Assembly (NCBI GenBank): GCA_030390025.1
Contig: CM059431.1
Coordinates: 102,922,001-102,986,000 of the forward strand
DNA length: 64,000 nucleotides
Direction of reading: 5' to 3'
DNA from: Squalus acanthias
Taxonomy: Eukaryota
A program made the position numbers and the translations under genes. This document shows, in pieces, positions 59,948-64,000 of the stretch (positions are counted from its first letter, which is position 1; each line of letters opens with the position of its first letter). Under the pieces are notes generated by a model. It worked only from the letters and a program-made list of their open reading frames with translations, searched no databases and was not told the DNA's origin.

Positions 59948-60556
59948 AACATAGAAGATAGGAGCAGGAGTAGGCCATTCGGCCCCTTGAGCCTGAATTG
60001 AATTGAATTGAATTGAACCCATTTAATGAGATCATGGCTGATCATCCAAATTCAGTACCCTGTCCCTGCTTTCTCCCCATATCCCTTGATCCCTTTAGCC
60101 TTAAGAAATATATCTATCTCCTTCTTGAATATATTTAATGAATTGGCCTCAACTGCCTTCTGTGATAGAGAATTCCACAGGTTCACCACTCTCTGGGTGA
60201 AGAAATTCCTCCTCATCTCAGTCCTAAATGGCTTACCCCTTATCCTTAGACTGTGACCTCTGGTTCAGGACTCCCCCGCCATCTGGAACATCCTTCCTGC
60301 ATCTAGTCTGTCTAGTCCTGTTAGAATTTTATAAGTTTCAATGAGATCCCCTCTCATTCTTCTAAACTCTAGCGAATATAAGCCTAATCGACCCAATCTC
60401 TCTTCATACGTCATTCCTTGCCATCCCAGGTATCAGTCTGGTAAATCTTCGCTGCACTCCCTCCATGGCAAGAACATCCTTCCTCAGATAAGGCGACCAA
60501 AACTGCACACAGTACTCAAGGTGTGGTCTCACCAAGGCCTTGTACAACTGCAGCAA
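59948..60556 (-). mobile_element. CR1 3' fragment (same subfamily as 1031..1635) with (tgaat)n in its 3' stem-loop
   Basis: Near-identical to 1031..1590. Confidence 0.93.
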
Positions 60557-60858
60557 GTTTAAACTGCCTCCCTTCCTGCCTGTGACCAGGTTCAGTGGCT
60601 CTACTTTCCCCTCTTTCTTGCATTGTTACTTTACCTAATTGCATGCAAACCCACTTCATTAATATGCAGACTCGCCTTTGGATTGTGTGAAGATCGTAAT
60701 CTCACCCATCTGCTCTTACTTCCCCTGATCAATAGCCCTCCCGTGCTGTGATCAAATGGTCCTCTTATCAGCACCTCACACACGATCAAACTGCGCGTTG
60801 AGTTTACTGTTGCATCATCCGAAACTCACGCCAGCATCAGTATCACCCGAAACTTATT

Positions 60859-61567
60859 GGGCTGGATATTCCGACCCCCACGGGTGCGTGCGAGGTGTGT
60901 ACGCGCCCGTAGGGGCCTCGCAAATGCCGGTTTCAGGCGTGCGAAGCGCACGCGCTAAAACCCGGCACTCCCAATCTGTCAAGAAGGGCCTCCGCGGGGG
61001 TAGAGTTCCGCCTTCTGCACAACCTCCGCCTGCTGAAAATCTTTAAAAATCTTACGCCCGGTAAAAGCCTGCGTAAGGCCTGCTTTTAGCAGCTTAAGGG
61101 TTTTCACTCATTTATAATTTTAAAATACTTTTAAAAAAGGTAAGTTTATTTTTAGCCCCGTAAAAAACAAATTATTTTTTTCAAAAAATTTAATATTTGT
61201 TTAAAATATTTAATTTAATGTAATTTTAACTAATTTTAAATACGTGATTAAAAAAAAATGTATTTAATGTTTAACTGTGTTTTTTAAGTGATCCCCATTC
61301 ATACTTTTGACAGTTCCGTGCGTAGAGACCCGTCAAAAGTGTGAAGGGGGATTCCCTTCTTTGATTGGTTCCCCATGGCTCACGTGATCCCAGGGACGCT
61401 TGCGAACCGCCTGCGCCCCCTGGGATACCTGGGCCTCTGCGCATTTCGTATAGCAGAGGCCCAGGATCGGAAGTCTCGGGACCTACGGAGCCAGCGGGTA
61501 AGTGCGTAGATTTTTTGCGATCGGAGGCATCTGCCTGCAGGAAGCCTCCGATCGGAAAATCAGGGCC
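60859..61567. mobile_element. MITE family A
   Basis: gggctggatattccga ... tcggaaaatcagggcc. Confidence 0.87.
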
Positions 61568-61621
61568 AAAGAAAAGTGGTATTGCTTTGTGACACTTTGT
61601 GTTCATTGCTGCCTATATTGG

Positions 61622-62522
61622 GTATGGTAATATAGTGGTTATGTTACTGAACTAGTAATCCAGAGGCCTGGACTAATGATCTGGAGATCATGAGTTCAAA
61701 TCCCATCACGGCAGCTGGGGAATTAAAAAATTCAGTTAAATAAATCTGGAATTAAAAGCCAGTATCAGTAATGGTGACCATGAAGCTGTCAGATTGTTTT
61801 CAAAAAGTTCAACACCATCCAGGACAAAGCAGCCCGCTTGATTGGCCCCCCATCCACCACCTTAAACATTCACTCCCTCCACCACCGGCGCACCGTGGCT
61901 GCAGTGTGTACCATCTACAAGATGCACTGCAGCAACTCGCCAAGGCTTCTTCGGCAGCACCTCCCAAACCCGCGACCTCTACCACCTAGAAGGACAAGGG
62001 TAGCAGGCACATGGGAACACCACCACCTCCAAGTTCCCCTCCAAGTCACACACCATCCTGATTTGGAAATATATTGGCCGTTCCTTCATCGTCGCTGGGT
62101 CAAAATCTGGAACTCCCTCCCTAACAGCACTGTGGGAGTACCTTCACCACATGGACTGCAGCGGTTCAAGAAGGTGGATCACCACCACCTTCTCAAGGGC
62201 AATTAGGGATGGGCAATAAATGCTGGCCTTGCCAGCGACACCCACATCCCATAAAAAATGAATTGAAAAGAAACCCATCTGGCTCACTAATGTCCTTTAG
62301 AGAAGGAAATCTGCCGTGCCTTACCCGGTCTGGCCTATACCTATATGTGACTCCAGACCCACAGCAAAGTGTTTGACTCAACTGCTTTCTGAAATGGCCA
62401 AGTAAGCCACTCAGTTGTATTCAAGAAGGCCGCTTGCCACCACCTTCTCGCGGGCAATTAGGGATGGGCAATAGATGGTGGCCTTGTCGGCGACACCCAC
62501 ATCGAATGAATGAATTAAAAAA
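61622..62522 (+). mobile_element. tRNA-derived SINE (second family) interrupted by its probable partner LINE (61812..62260)
   Basis: A-box-like tggtaatatagtgg, B-box gagttcaaatccc; 3' ~100 bp shared with the 2220-type LINE tail. Confidence 0.75.
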
Positions 62523-63453
62523 AATATAGATTCTATGTAAATGATTTACAGAGAACTTGTAACTCCAAAGGAGCATTTTGCCAATCCCGAACACCTTGCA
62601 GCAAGAGATGCAATGTGAGGGATAAGCTAATTGCACAGTGATTCCGCTGCCCTGCTCATTCCCCTGCCCTGAAATCTTACTCAAAGGGCCCCTGCATTAA
62701 CAATCCTTATTACACATCCTTCACCACTCCTGCATTGAAGAACATTGAGCCCAATCAGCCAGCTTCTATATCAATGACATACAGACGATGTAGACTCTCA
62801 AGTTGCTATAAAACCACACTGCTGACCGCAGAGCCAGCGGCAATAATGGTGATGAACTTAACACCAAACACAATAAGGACAAGGGCAGCAGGCGCATGGG
62901 AACACCACCACCTCCAAGTTCCCCTCCAAGTCACGCACCATCCTGACTGAGAAATATATCGGCCGTTCCTTCATCGTCGCTGGGTCAAAATCCTGGAACT
63001 CTCTCCCTAACAGCACTGTGGGAGCACCTCACCGCACGGACTGCAGCGGTTCAAGAAGGCGGCTCACCACCACCTTCTCAAGGGCAACTAGGGGATGGGC
63101 AATAAATGCTGGCCTTGCCAGCGACGCCCACATCCCATAAACGAATAATAATTAAAAAAAATTGCCTTGAATTCATTTCCCACTCAAGCGTCAATGCAGG
63201 TTGCCTTTCTTATAAGAAGGTTTCCTAACTCTACTGCTACTATGAGGTGCTTCCCCTAGTGGCCTCAGCGAAGCTGGTGGAAGGCGACTGTTCCTCATGT
63301 TGGGACCCTTGAGATGCTAGTGTCCAGCGGCTTCTGGGTGCTTGAACCTGTGAAAGAAAGAACTTGCATTTATATCGCGCCTTTCACAACCTCAGGACAT
63401 CCCAAAGCACTTCCCAGTCAATGAAGTACTTTAGAACTGTAGTCTCTGCTGTA

Positions 63454-64000
63454 ATGGGGAGGGCTAACAAGGAAAGGGAATACACATTAAATGGTAGGAC
63501 ACTGAGTAGTGTAGAGGAACAAAGGGACCTTGGAGTGCATGTCCACAGATCCCTGAAGGTAGCAGGCCAGGTAGATAAGGTGGTTAAGAAGGCATACGGA
63601 ATGCTTGCCTTTATTAGCTGTGGCATAGAATACAAGAGCAGGGGGGGTTATGCTTCAACTGTATAAAACACTAGTTAGGCCTCTGCTAGAGTACTGCGTG
63701 CAGTTCTGGTCACCACATTACAAGAAAGATGTGATTGCACTAGAGAGGTACAGAGGAGATTTACAAAGATGTTGCCGGGAGTAGAGAATCTTAGCTATGA
63801 GGAAAGACTGGATAGGCTGGGTCTGTTTTCCTTGGAACAGAGGAGGCTGAGGGGAGACCTTATTGAGGTGTATAAAATTATGAGGGGCAGAGATAAAGTG
63901 GATAGAAAGGACCTATTTCCCTTAGCAGAGGGGTCAAAAACCAGGGGGCACAGATTTAAAGTAATTGGTGGAAGGTTTAGAGCGGATTTGAGGGGAAATT
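63454..64000 (+). mobile_element. CR1 fragment running off the window
   Basis: Close match to 47100..47645. Confidence 0.93.

Overview
A 64-kb vertebrate non-coding window made almost entirely of transposable elements. The repeat set (CR1 LINEs, L2, Deu-domain SacSINE1-like SINEs, Penelope-like elements) points by inference to a cartilaginous fish (shark). I found no confidently supported host protein-coding exon. The only intact long ORF is a young Penelope-like retroelement (RT + Zn-finger + GIY-YIG, 28518..31196, minus strand) with ~1-kb tandem terminal repeats, two minimal hammerhead-ribozyme motifs, an inverted 5' tip and a 13-bp target-site duplication (TSD). It sits inside a CR1, which sits inside a ~12.5-unit array of a 44-bp hairpin-rich repeat that was also hit by a solo LTR. 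The window also holds a full-length decayed CR1 with nested insertions, several solo LTRs (two sharing a conserved terminal fold), many Harbinger-like MITEs, a palindromic hammerhead-bearing Penelope remnant, and a second family of short hammerhead-bearing elements whose predicted cleavage site overlaps a 3' splice signal. All alignments and folds were done by eye and some boundaries are approximate.
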